A stretch of 13,722 nt of DNA, taken from the IMG/VR virus record IMGVR_UViG_2778261570_000018, positions 1 through 13,722 of that record; one strand, 5' to 3'. How positions within the stretch are numbered: position 1 is the stretch's first letter; each line of letters begins with the position of its first letter. A program made the position numbers and the translations under genes. The notes under the pieces are model-generated. The model did no database searches. It was not told the origin of the DNA and saw nothing but the letters and a program-made list of their open reading frames with translations. Below are positions 7,334 through 13,600 of the stretch, piece after piece. This DNA is from a virus (Duplodnaviria > Heunggongvirae > Uroviricota > Caudoviricetes).

Positions 7334-8113
7334 ATGAGTACAGATTCATCAGTAAAGAAGACATCTGAATCAGATAAAGAAAATGAGTCCGTTGTTGATT
7401 CCGTCAAGAATACAATGGAATATGTTATAAAAGACAAAGTATTTAATAAGCTTTTTGCATATATTTTTATATCTTTTCTGGTTGTTAACTGGAGAGATAT
7501 ATTAATTTTGTTCAAATCAAAAGAAGATGTTCTATATACTCTGTCAATAGTTTTTACCGGTGAAAAAATACAATTTCTTGATGGCGAGATTTTACCTCCT
7601 TGGTTTGCCCACTTTTTCTTGCCGTTTTTCTATGGTGTGATTGCGTCGATTGTGGCACCAGTAATTACACTTGCGGTATCTTGCATTACAACTAAGGTGT
7701 ACTATAAAATAAAAATTTTGGACAATAAAACAGACGAAAACGAGAAAGAGAAATTAGCAAAAAGAGCCAAGAAAAGAGCTGAGCGTGAAATAGAGGCTAG
7801 CTATAGCCAACAAAAGCTGGATGAAAGAAAAAAAGAACTGGAAGACATTTTAAACAAAATAGAAGATGAAAAAGAAAAATATGATAAAATGAAAGAAAGG
7901 TTTGATGATGCCATAACGCTTACATATAAAAATATTCACATTTTGCCTACTCTGTATGAGAATAGGAAATGTAAAATTGAAACTCCGCAGGATTTATATG
8001 ATTTTATTGCAGCAATAAAGAAAACATCATTCTATAGTACTGATTTTAATGAATTGTTCTCTGATATTTCTCGATTGTATTCTGAAATGCAAACTGATTT
8101 ATCAGAAAAGTGA
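7334..8113 (+). CDS. Hypothetical membrane protein with two predicted TM helices and a long charged coiled-coil segment (AT-rich, likely foreign gene)
   Basis: 259 aa from ATG 7334 (the ORF-track start at 7322 is TTG). Hydrophobic segments LFAYIFISFLVVNW and FFLPFFYGVIASIVAPVITLAVSCI, then a K/E-rich heptad-like stretch (NEKEKLAKRAKKRAEREIEASYSQQKLDERKKELEDILNKIEDEKEKYDKMKERF). Coding region is visibly AT-rich compared with its flanks. Confidence 0.6.
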   Translation: MSTDSSVKKTSESDKENESVVDSVKNTMEYVIKDKVFNKLFAYIFISFLVVNWRDILILFKSKEDVLYTLSIVFTGEKIQFLDGEILPPWFAHFFLPFFYGVIASIVAPVITLAVSCITTKVYYKIKILDNKTDENEKEKLAKRAKKRAEREIEASYSQQKLDERKKELEDILNKIEDEKEKYDKMKERFDDAITLTYKNIHILPTLYENRKCKIETPQDLYDFIAAIKKTSFYSTDFNELFSDISRLYSEMQTDLSEK

Positions 8114-8114
8114 A

Positions 8115-8137
8115 AGCCTGGCATAGACCACCAGGCT
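8115..8137. terminator. Hairpin between convergent genes (weak candidate bidirectional terminator)
   Basis: Stem agcctgg (8115-8121), 9-nt loop, stem ccaggct (8131-8137). No tight U-tract on either strand. Confidence 0.3.
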
Positions 8138-8148
8138 ATATGTGTGGT

Positions 8149-9342
8149 TTATGCTTTTTTTACATACGCCATAAACATTTTTTCAGCATGTTCTTGTGGC
8201 GTTCCTGCCATGACAAGCGCATCAATGAACGCCTGCTTCTTCAGTGCGAACTGATCGGCCAGGCGTTGCTGAAGCTCCTTGTTTTTCTGTTTCTCACGTT
8301 GCAACGCCGCTTCTTTTGCTGCCGCCCGTTTTTTCTGTGCGTCTGACAACTTTCTGGCCTTGGTCAGTTGGTCACGTAGCTTGTCAATCTTGCCGTTGTC
8401 CTTTGCCAGTTTTGTGCTTAAAGCGGCCTGGCGCTTCTGATAGAGCCTCCATTCTCGCTTGGCAGCGTCAACGTTCGTTTTACTGCTACGATTGCGATTA
8501 AACTCCTTCTCGTCTTCTTTTGAGAAGTGTTTGGTTGTACGGCGGCGATCGTCACCAAATGCAATTTGCGTTGCAGCCTTTTGTAGCGCACGAGCAATAC
8601 TCATTTGCCAACTGGCGGACTGTAACCGCGTCATTGAGTGGATCACGTGTTTACAGGCGACGCCTTGCAGCTTCGGGTTGCGAACTTTTGGATAGGCGTA
8701 TTCTTTTGGCGGTGCCAGGGCAAAGTTACCCGCAGTGGCGATGTAACGATACCAGTATTGATGACGACCACAGTCACAATCGAAAGACACTCGCCCGGCG
8801 CACAGTGATTTAGTGATTTTGAGAGCTGATTTATCGTCTTCTGCGATGTCATCAACCATCTGATCCCATTCTTCAAAGCGTATCCGGACGATATGGTGCT
8901 GGTGGACGGATATATCCGATGCTTCTACGCGGATATTAATCACATTGTGGCGAAGAGATACGGGTGTAGCTCTTTTGATACCAGATCCGTCATCCACGGC
9001 GTTATTTGCACGCTTAATATCGATAGCCTGGCTGGATGCCACCAGCTGGGCGTATGTGATGCCAGCCGTCTTGCTGTCATATTTTTCGCGCGTTTTACTC
9101 CGTAGCTTTTCGAAGCCTTTCAGATCGTCTCGCGTAAAGAACGTGCCGCCTTTTTTCTTCCCTAACTTGAGAATATCTTCGACGGATTTGTTCCTAAGTC
9201 TGCCTGGCGTCAGCGTCCGGTGAGCTTGTCGGCGCTTACGGGTTTGTTCTTTCCTGATAAGGTCGAATAAACGCGTGAAGTCCTTAGAGGACAGACCGTC
9301 AGTGATATAGCGCCCGTCCTGGTTTTTCAGGAAATCAGGCAT
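8149..9342 (-). CDS. Hypothetical basic protein, 397 aa, with central Cys/His cluster and C-terminal coiled coil (possible nucleic-acid-binding zinc-finger protein)
   Basis: ATG at 9342 with GGAG 7 nt upstream, overlapping the upstream gene stop by 8 nt (ATGCCTGA). K/R-rich N-terminus, CAGRVSFDCDCGRHQYWYRY...GVACKHVIH cluster, and a K/Q/A/E-rich C-terminal region of roughly 100 aa. Confidence 0.6.
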   Translation of the reverse strand: MPDFLKNQDGRYITDGLSSKDFTRLFDLIRKEQTRKRRQAHRTLTPGRLRNKSVEDILKLGKKKGGTFFTRDDLKGFEKLRSKTREKYDSKTAGITYAQLVASSQAIDIKRANNAVDDGSGIKRATPVSLRHNVINIRVEASDISVHQHHIVRIRFEEWDQMVDDIAEDDKSALKITKSLCAGRVSFDCDCGRHQYWYRYIATAGNFALAPPKEYAYPKVRNPKLQGVACKHVIHSMTRLQSASWQMSIARALQKAATQIAFGDDRRRTTKHFSKEDEKEFNRNRSSKTNVDAAKREWRLYQKRQAALSTKLAKDNGKIDKLRDQLTKARKLSDAQKKRAAAKEAALQREKQKNKELQQRLADQFALKKQAFIDALVMAGTPQEHAEKMFMAYVKKA

Positions 9343-9664
9343 TTTCTATCTCCGGTTCCGCGCTCGCGTAATCACGGATCTTGTTCCTCAGCCATGCCAC
9401 ATCAGGAAGAGTTAACGTGGTCCCGGCGGGCATTTCTTCCATTTCTGACTCATGGCCCACCAGCACCCGGAATACCCAGCGCAAATCTGCATTGCCATAC
9501 GCCCTGTAGGCTGCAAGGTCTGAACGATATACTTCATCAATCTTTATCGTGTACTGGAAATTATCAGAGTGATACTCCGATACCCGCTTAATCATTTCCT
9601 GGTGAAACAGCGCACGAAAAATATCGTCTTCAATGTACCTATCGTCGAGTCTGCTATAGCCCAT
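9335..9664 (-). CDS. Small protein with LysM-like / phage tail protein X (gpX)-like C-terminal region
   Basis: 109 aa, ATG at 9664 with GAGGGG 7 nt upstream. YTIKIDEVYRSDLAAYRAYGNADLRWVFRVLVGHE..EMPAGTTLTLPDV resembles the P2 gpX pattern (GDTLDAICVRYYGR...VLAANPGLA...LPHGTAVELPDV as recalled). Assignment is tentative. Confidence 0.4.
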   Translation of the reverse strand: MGYSRLDDRYIEDDIFRALFHQEMIKRVSEYHSDNFQYTIKIDEVYRSDLAAYRAYGNADLRWVFRVLVGHESEMEEMPAGTTLTLPDVAWLRNKIRDYASAEPEIENA

Positions 9665-9725
9665 AACAAAGCCCCTCAGTCATAACCTGGGGGAAACTGT
9701 ATGTAGGGTGTGAAATGCGAGAAAG

Positions 9726-9751
9726 CAGCGTCACCGGGCCTGGTGACGCTG
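9726..9751 (-). terminator. Stem-loop downstream of higA-2 (weak terminator or attenuator before the gpX-like gene)
   Basis: Perfect 10-bp stem cagcgtcacc (9726-9735) / ggtgacgctg (9742-9751) with a 6-nt loop. On the minus strand it is followed by a C/U-rich stretch (cuuucucgc) rather than a clean U-run. Confidence 0.35.
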
Positions 9752-9756
9752 TGAAG

Positions 9757-10038
9757 TTATGCGTGGAAAAATAATGGACGGATGTTTGGGCGAGCGGTTT
9801 GCGAAGCAACCCAAAGCTCATACTGAGATTGCATACCGGTCCACATTTCGGCACTGGTTCCAAGAGCGGACTCCAGACGAAGTGCCATATCAGCAGAAAT
9901 GCCTGCTTTTTCGTTCAGAATTCGGGAAAGTGCCGTGCGAGTAATGCCTAATGCAGCAGCGGCGTCTGTGACTGACATGTCTCCCAAATATTCACGAAGA
10001 ACCGCGCCAGGATGCGCGGGATTATGCATACGACTCAT
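9757..10038 (-). CDS. higA: HigA-family antitoxin (XRE-type HTH), second module
   Basis: [72 protein letters not shown] parallels Rts1 HigA (HPGE...SRLL..K......[21 protein letters not shown] as recalled). ATG 10038 is preferred, with GAGGAA overlapping the higB-2 stop; the ORF-track start at 10050 is TTG. Confidence 0.8.
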   Translation of the reverse strand: MSRMHNPAHPGAVLREYLGDMSVTDAAAALGITRTALSRILNEKAGISADMALRLESALGTSAEMWTGMQSQYELWVASQTARPNIRPLFFHA

Positions 10039-10046
10039 AGTGTTCC

Positions 10047-10328
10047 TCAATGATAATCCTGATAGTCAACTAGAATTGCGTCTTCTCCTTCAAATCGGAA
10101 GGTAAGTCGCCAGTTACCGTTTACCGATATTGCCCAGTGACCTTTAAGGTCCGCCCCCTTTAGAGGGTGCAATTCCCATCCAGGCGCAGACATATCGTCC
10201 GGGCGTTTAGCTGTATTAAGAGCAGTCAATTGAATGCGTAGCTTAACCGCATGTTTGGCCTGAATGCCTGCGGTTGAACCTGTCTTGAAAAAGCGTTCAA
10301 GCCCTTTATGGCGAAATGACTTAATCAA
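10047..10328 (-). CDS. higB: HigB-family toxin (Rts1 HigB type), second module; likely TTG start at 10328
   Basis: Translation from TTG 10328 gives [18 protein letters not shown]...[43 protein letters not shown], closely paralleling Rts1 HigB (MIKSFKHKGLKLLFEKG...HPLKGDREGYWSITVRANWRITFQFINGDAYILNYEDYH as recalled). GGATGG lies 7 nt upstream. The ORF-track start at 10391 adds a non-conserved 21-aa extension. Confidence 0.8.
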   Translation of the reverse strand: MIKSFRHKGLERFFKTGSTAGIQAKHAVKLRIQLTALNTAKRPDDMSAPGWELHPLKGADLKGHWAISVNGNWRLTFRFEGEDAILVDYQDYH

Positions 10329-10354
10329 AATAATTCCATCCGTGCGCGTAACCT

Positions 10355-10391
10355 GTGTATATACACTACACGCAGAGGGAGCGAAATGCAA
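10355..10391 (-). promoter_or_regulatory. Candidate higBA-2 promoter with a 12-bp perfect palindrome operator
   Basis: On the minus strand: TTGCAT (plus 10386-10391), 17-bp spacer, TAGTGT (plus 10363-10368). Perfect palindrome GTGTATATACAC (10355-10366) overlaps the -10 and predicted transcription start. Confidence 0.4.
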
Positions 10392-10664
10392 GCACTATCC
10401 GTATAGACAGAGTTTCTTCGCCGCCCTGGAATTTATTGACTGTCAACAAGTGACTTTCATTAATCTTAAGGCATGGACCAGCTCGATAGTGAGCTGGGTG
10501 TTATTTACCGATCGAATGGATTCGAAAAGATGAATATTTTTAATAAGCTGATTGATTTATTGAATAAATTCATTAGTGCTTCTTTAACTCAGCAGGTATC
10601 CACGTCAGTGTTTTTGTTACTCTTCTACCTGGTATTGAGGGAGTTAACAAAGCTACTAATGTGA

Positions 10665-11318
10665 TCAAAGTATCACGGTATCTTCATCAACTTCTTTCCC
10701 AGCCAGTGACTTTGGCTGGGAACTGCCTGCTTTAACTTTTTCATGCCCAATAATGGAAAGGAACGAAGTGAGTATGCCTGTTTTTTGCTCTTTCTCGACT
10801 GTACCGGTCATCTGCTCTACGTAATCCGCACTGGCAACGTTGTGGTATACGGTCGCGTAGCAACACAGGATCATCAGAATATGCTCCGGCCTGATATCCT
10901 GCCAGTTCACCCTGTAGACTTCTTCTCCGTTACCGTTGTATTCGGTATCAACGATAGAGTCGGGGATTTCGAAAGCACCTTTGTTATTTTGCGGCAGGGA
11001 TAATAGCTTCTGGAGTTTTAACTCTCTGTATCTTTCCATCCCGACGATGATTGCTGCTCTGCCATCGGCATGACGGGTCTTGAGAGTCACCTGGCTTGCT
11101 CCGGTGCCAGCGGAGATCGTTGGCGTAATTTCGTCTACCAGTACCTTAAATTTGCTTTTCCGCAGGGCTGCTATAGCTGGAGGAATTTTTTGCTTTTGCT
11201 CCAATGCTGACGCGGGAAGGGGTTTTACTTCGTTAATAATGAGAGCACCGTCTTTCAGTATTGCAGTGAGCATTTGAGGCTTGCTGGTGGTCAGGCTGAA
11301 TATTGCGATCTTTTCCAT
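10665..11318 (-). CDS. Hypothetical protein, about 217 aa, unknown function (start ATG 11318)
   Basis: ORF with GGAGAAAGGA immediately upstream of ATG 11318. The ORF-track N-terminal extension to 11360 runs into the terminator hairpin and is not credible. No family recognised. Confidence 0.55.
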   Translation of the reverse strand: MEKIAIFSLTTSKPQMLTAILKDGALIINEVKPLPASALEQKQKIPPAIAALRKSKFKVLVDEITPTISAGTGASQVTLKTRHADGRAAIIVGMERYRELKLQKLLSLPQNNKGAFEIPDSIVDTEYNGNGEEVYRVNWQDIRPEHILMILCCYATVYHNVASADYVEQMTGTVEKEQKTGILTSFLSIIGHEKVKAGSSQPKSLAGKEVDEDTVIL

Positions 11319-11344
11319 TGTCCTTTCTCCACGGATGACGGATA

Positions 11345-11370
11345 CAAAAAAAGGCCGCACATGGCGGCCT
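11345..11370 (-). terminator. Canonical rho-independent terminator on the minus strand, immediately upstream of the RBS of the 217-aa gene
   Basis: Minus-strand RNA: stem aggccgc, loop caugu, stem gcggccu, then seven U (plus 11352-11370 hairpin, A-run 11346-11352). Lies about 25 nt upstream of ATG 11318. Confidence 0.65.
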
Positions 11371-11601
11371 GCTTTGGCGTTATGACTCCCTACCGCGCTT
11401 CGGCTGAAAGTTAATCGTCAAAAGAACCTTCAACGGGAGCCGTTAGCGCGATGGATTATGTGCAGTTTGTGATTTCCAAAATAGTGTCAACTACTTTTTG
11501 TGGATTTTATTTTTTGTCCGAAATTTGGCCTAAATCATGTTGATTTGGCTGATTATTTTTATAACATAAAACTTCATTTTGTTTACATGAAGGACGGTGT
11601 A

Positions 11602-12216
11602 GTGAAGTTAAGGGTTTTAGGGACCGCGCTCGCGGCTATGTTGGGATGCGTATCTGTTAATACTGCCAATGCAACTGCGTTACCTGCAAAGTATTGGGCT
11701 GGTGTGAAAGTGTTGCGGAACGCTGAAAAAGGCAATACAGCTGATGATATTTTCAAGTTTTGCCAAAAAGAAAATATCCCTCTGCACCCGGTTGAGCCGT
11801 ACTTTACAGGAAAGAATGATTTCTGTGTGTTTGCGTATACCGCAGACCAAACAGATAAGGCTATACGCAAGACAGGGTATTCTACTCAAGACACTATGGC
11901 GTCCTTAAGTAAAAACTGGTTGCAGTTTGAGGTTTACCGTAGTGAAGGAATGGGAGAGCTATTGCAGCCACTGTATATGCTGGCGTTAGTTCCGGAAGGG
12001 CAGCAGTTCCTTATTCGAAAAGGAATGCTTCGGAAAAGCGATGTAACCGGATTCAATAACACGATGGAGCTTGAACGCTCAATGAAGCAAAAGCAAGCGC
12101 CTAAGCAGCCAACAGCCGAATGTATTAGCAGCGAGATACAAAAGGCATTAAGCGAGCAGCCTTACATTGATCGTGGTGTGGCGGAAATGGCTGCCAAAAT
12201 GAAGTGTTCCAATTAA
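11602..12216 (+). CDS. Hypothetical secreted/periplasmic protein with N-terminal signal peptide (start GTG 11602; alternative ATG 11587)
   Basis: AAGGA (11590-11594) is 7 nt upstream of GTG 11602. N-terminus MKLRVLGTALAAMLGCVSVNTANA is a typical signal peptide (ANA cleavage site or a weak lipobox). Mature part contains several Cys. The ORF-track start at 11500 lacks an RBS. Confidence 0.55.
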   Translation: MKLRVLGTALAAMLGCVSVNTANATALPAKYWAGVKVLRNAEKGNTADDIFKFCQKENIPLHPVEPYFTGKNDFCVFAYTADQTDKAIRKTGYSTQDTMASLSKNWLQFEVYRSEGMGELLQPLYMLALVPEGQQFLIRKGMLRKSDVTGFNNTMELERSMKQKQAPKQPTAECISSEIQKALSEQPYIDRGVAEMAAKMKCSN

Positions 12217-12259
12217 CGTCAAATAGAATAACAAGATAGTAAATTTTGGAGTTAATGAA

Positions 12260-13081
12260 ATGTTCTTTATGAAAAATGGAAAAAGATTTTCCGCAACAAT
12301 GCTTGCTACTATTGTCGCTCTTTTCGTTCCCACATTCACCTTTGCTTATGATTTTAGCAAAATTGACTGCAATGCCCCTAAAACCAGGCAGATGTTAATC
12401 GATGATTATAATGAACTACTCAAGGACGATCAGGAAGCAATCACTGTAATTGATGCTTATAATCAGATTAATGAAATAAGCGAAAAAAGTAAGCTCCAAT
12501 GTTTAGGCACGTATGAGTTCTCAGATGGAAGTGCGCTTAGAGTTAGATATAAGTTATATTTAAATAGCCTCGGCACACCCATATATGAATTTGCTCCAGT
12601 TGAGGAATTAACGCAGGATGATGTAAGCGCATCTATTCAAAATATCCCTGCAACCACAGCGAGTAGGACTGGGGGGAATGAAGAAACGTATGCCTGCAAG
12701 GTGGCTGTAACTTACAAGGGGGAGCGTTCTAACTATATGGGGGATTCCGGAACATGGGATCGTGTGATTACTGACTATGGCACTTATTTTTCATGGGATT
12801 TACCACGCGGAAACCGAGGCAACAGCACAGGTCAGGATGCTTTTAGTGGCATGGACGAATCAAAGCCTGTATTAGAAAATCAGCTAGTGAGAAAGGAAAC
12901 TGAAAAAGATGGTAGCGTGGTTGATGAGTTTAGGACAGAAGTGAGTTATGGAGATAAACAACCGGTACATAAGTTTGTATATGCCCGTAGAATAAAACCT
13001 ACAGGAACGAGAGAATATTATGTCACTGATTTGACGGACAAGCGGGCATTTATGTTTCTGAATTGCCAGCAAGATTCGTAA
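12260..13081 (+). CDS. Hypothetical secreted protein with N-terminal signal peptide
   Basis: GGAG is 8 nt upstream of ATG 12260. N-terminus MFFMKNGKRFSATMLATIVALFVPTFTFA. AT-rich coding region, 43 nt downstream of the preceding gene (likely co-transcribed). Confidence 0.6.
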   Translation: MFFMKNGKRFSATMLATIVALFVPTFTFAYDFSKIDCNAPKTRQMLIDDYNELLKDDQEAITVIDAYNQINEISEKSKLQCLGTYEFSDGSALRVRYKLYLNSLGTPIYEFAPVEELTQDDVSASIQNIPATTASRTGGNEETYACKVAVTYKGERSNYMGDSGTWDRVITDYGTYFSWDLPRGNRGNSTGQDAFSGMDESKPVLENQLVRKETEKDGSVVDEFRTEVSYGDKQPVHKFVYARRIKPTGTREYYVTDLTDKRAFMFLNCQQDS

Positions 13082-13086
13082 TTGAT

Positions 13087-13124
13087 AAAGCAGGCTTAAC
13101 GACTAAGCCTGCTTTTTGAATTTT
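13087..13124 (+). terminator. Intrinsic terminator after the secreted-protein operon (also abuts the stop of the convergent membrane-protein gene)
   Basis: 11-bp perfect stem aaagcaggctt (13087-13097) / aagcctgcttt (13105-13115), 7-nt loop, then tttttgaatttt. Confidence 0.6.
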
Positions 13125-13473
13125 ACTCGGTAATAGTTTTGCAGTTGTTTTGGTTTAAGACCAATCCAAGTTTGCTGGCGGCCAACTCATTTTCTGTGTG
13201 AGAGCCAGCAAATACAAATCCTTGTTTTATCTTATTTACGGTGAAATATTTATTGTATATAAATGCCCAGACAAGTGAAGCTACCCAAGGACCAATTCCT
13301 GCAGTGAGGAATGCCAGGATTAGCATCACAACGAACACCCCGATGAAAGTTATAAAGTCTTTCCTGAACAAAGCCGGGAAGGCACCAAAAAAGAACGTAG
13401 TCCAGGAGAATCCATAAAAGCCTGAGATGGACTCGCCTGTCCGAGGATTTTCTAAGTTAATTTTAGTAGCCAA
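13123..13473 (-). CDS. Small inner-membrane protein (116 aa, two predicted TM segments), TTG start
   Basis: Hydrophobic stretches FYGFSWTTFFFGAFPALF and FIGVFVVMLILAFLTAGIGPWVASLVWAFIY. AAAGGA is 9 nt upstream of TTG 13473. No in-frame ATG is available near the N-terminus. Confidence 0.55.
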   Translation of the reverse strand: MATKINLENPRTGESISGFYGFSWTTFFFGAFPALFRKDFITFIGVFVVMLILAFLTAGIGPWVASLVWAFIYNKYFTVNKIKQGFVFAGSHTENELAASKLGLVLNQNNCKTITE

Positions 13474-13530
13474 AGTTATTCATCCTTTAACGTAAAAAAA
13501 CAAATAATTATAAAGCTGTGTGAGTGTGCT

Positions 13531-13559
13531 ATTTTACTAATCTACACTATGTTATGCAA
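13531..13559 (-). promoter_or_regulatory. Sigma70-like promoter for the membrane-protein gene
   Basis: On the minus strand: TTGCAT (plus 13554-13559), 17-bp spacer, TAAAAT (plus 13531-13536). About 50 nt upstream of the TTG start. Confidence 0.5.
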
Positions 13560-13574
13560 TTTATTGGTATCATG

Positions 13575-13591
13575 CCCCGGCCTGACCGGGG
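13575..13591. other. GC-rich stem-loop (ccccgg / ccgggg) downstream of a truncated minus-strand ORF; no U-tract
   Basis: Perfect 6-bp GC stem with a 5-nt loop at 13575-13591. Lies between the stop of the edge-truncated ORF (13601) and the -35 of the membrane-gene promoter. Confidence 0.3.
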
Positions 13592-13600
13592 CAAAAGCTA

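Noticed and set aside
7171-7515. 114-aa minus-strand ORF spanning the HigA-like 3' end, its terminator and the start of the AT-rich gene
   Set aside because: It crosses a terminator hairpin and two better-supported plus-strand genes. AT-rich sequence readily gives spurious open frames.
8110-9223. Plus-strand ORFs (8110-8346, 8244-8501, 8459-8695, 8520-8813, 8893-9105, 8945-9223) and minus ORF 8643-8876 within the 397-aa gene
   Set aside because: They are nested in or antisense to a long ORF with a good RBS and coupling to its upstream gene. None has an RBS or recognisable product.
9394-10105. Short ORFs 9394-9591 +, 9654-9863 -, 9759-9944 +, 9899-10105 + around the gpX-like and higA-2 genes
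   Set aside because: They overlap confidently assigned HigA-2/HigB-2 or the gpX-like gene on the other strand or frame.
10264-10664. ORFs 10264-10533 + and 10473-10664 + in the AT-rich spacer after higB-2
   Set aside because: The first overlaps the higB-2 start and promoter. The second has only a cramped AAGG directly next to its ATG and an unremarkable hydrophobic product. Kept as not supported rather than impossible.
10743-11277. Plus-strand ORFs 10743-11003 and 11080-11277 inside the 217-aa gene
   Set aside because: They are antisense to the better-supported minus-strand CDS and lack RBSs.
11319-11360. N-terminal extension of the 217-aa gene to 11360 (ORF-track start)
   Set aside because: The extension begins with a GTG buried in the terminator stem and spans the U-tract. 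ATG 11318 with an adjacent GGAGAAAGGA is the credible start.
11371-11500. Type III toxin-antitoxin (ToxIN-like) RNA antitoxin upstream of the 217-aa gene
   Set aside because: The promoter-RNA-terminator-gene layout resembles ToxIN, but I see no tandem direct repeats in the leader, so this is not supported. It is retained only as a generic leader or sRNA candidate.
11500-11601. Start of the first secreted-protein gene at 11500 (ORF-track)
   Set aside because: There is no RBS at 11500, and the N-terminal 30 residues are not signal-peptide-like. GTG 11602 (or ATG 11587) downstream of AAGGA gives a canonical signal peptide.
11583-12339. Minus-strand ORFs 11583-11870, 11680-11889, 12148-12339 and plus ORF 12884-13072 (as listed minus)
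   Set aside because: They are antisense to the signal-peptide genes in AT-rich DNA and lack RBSs.
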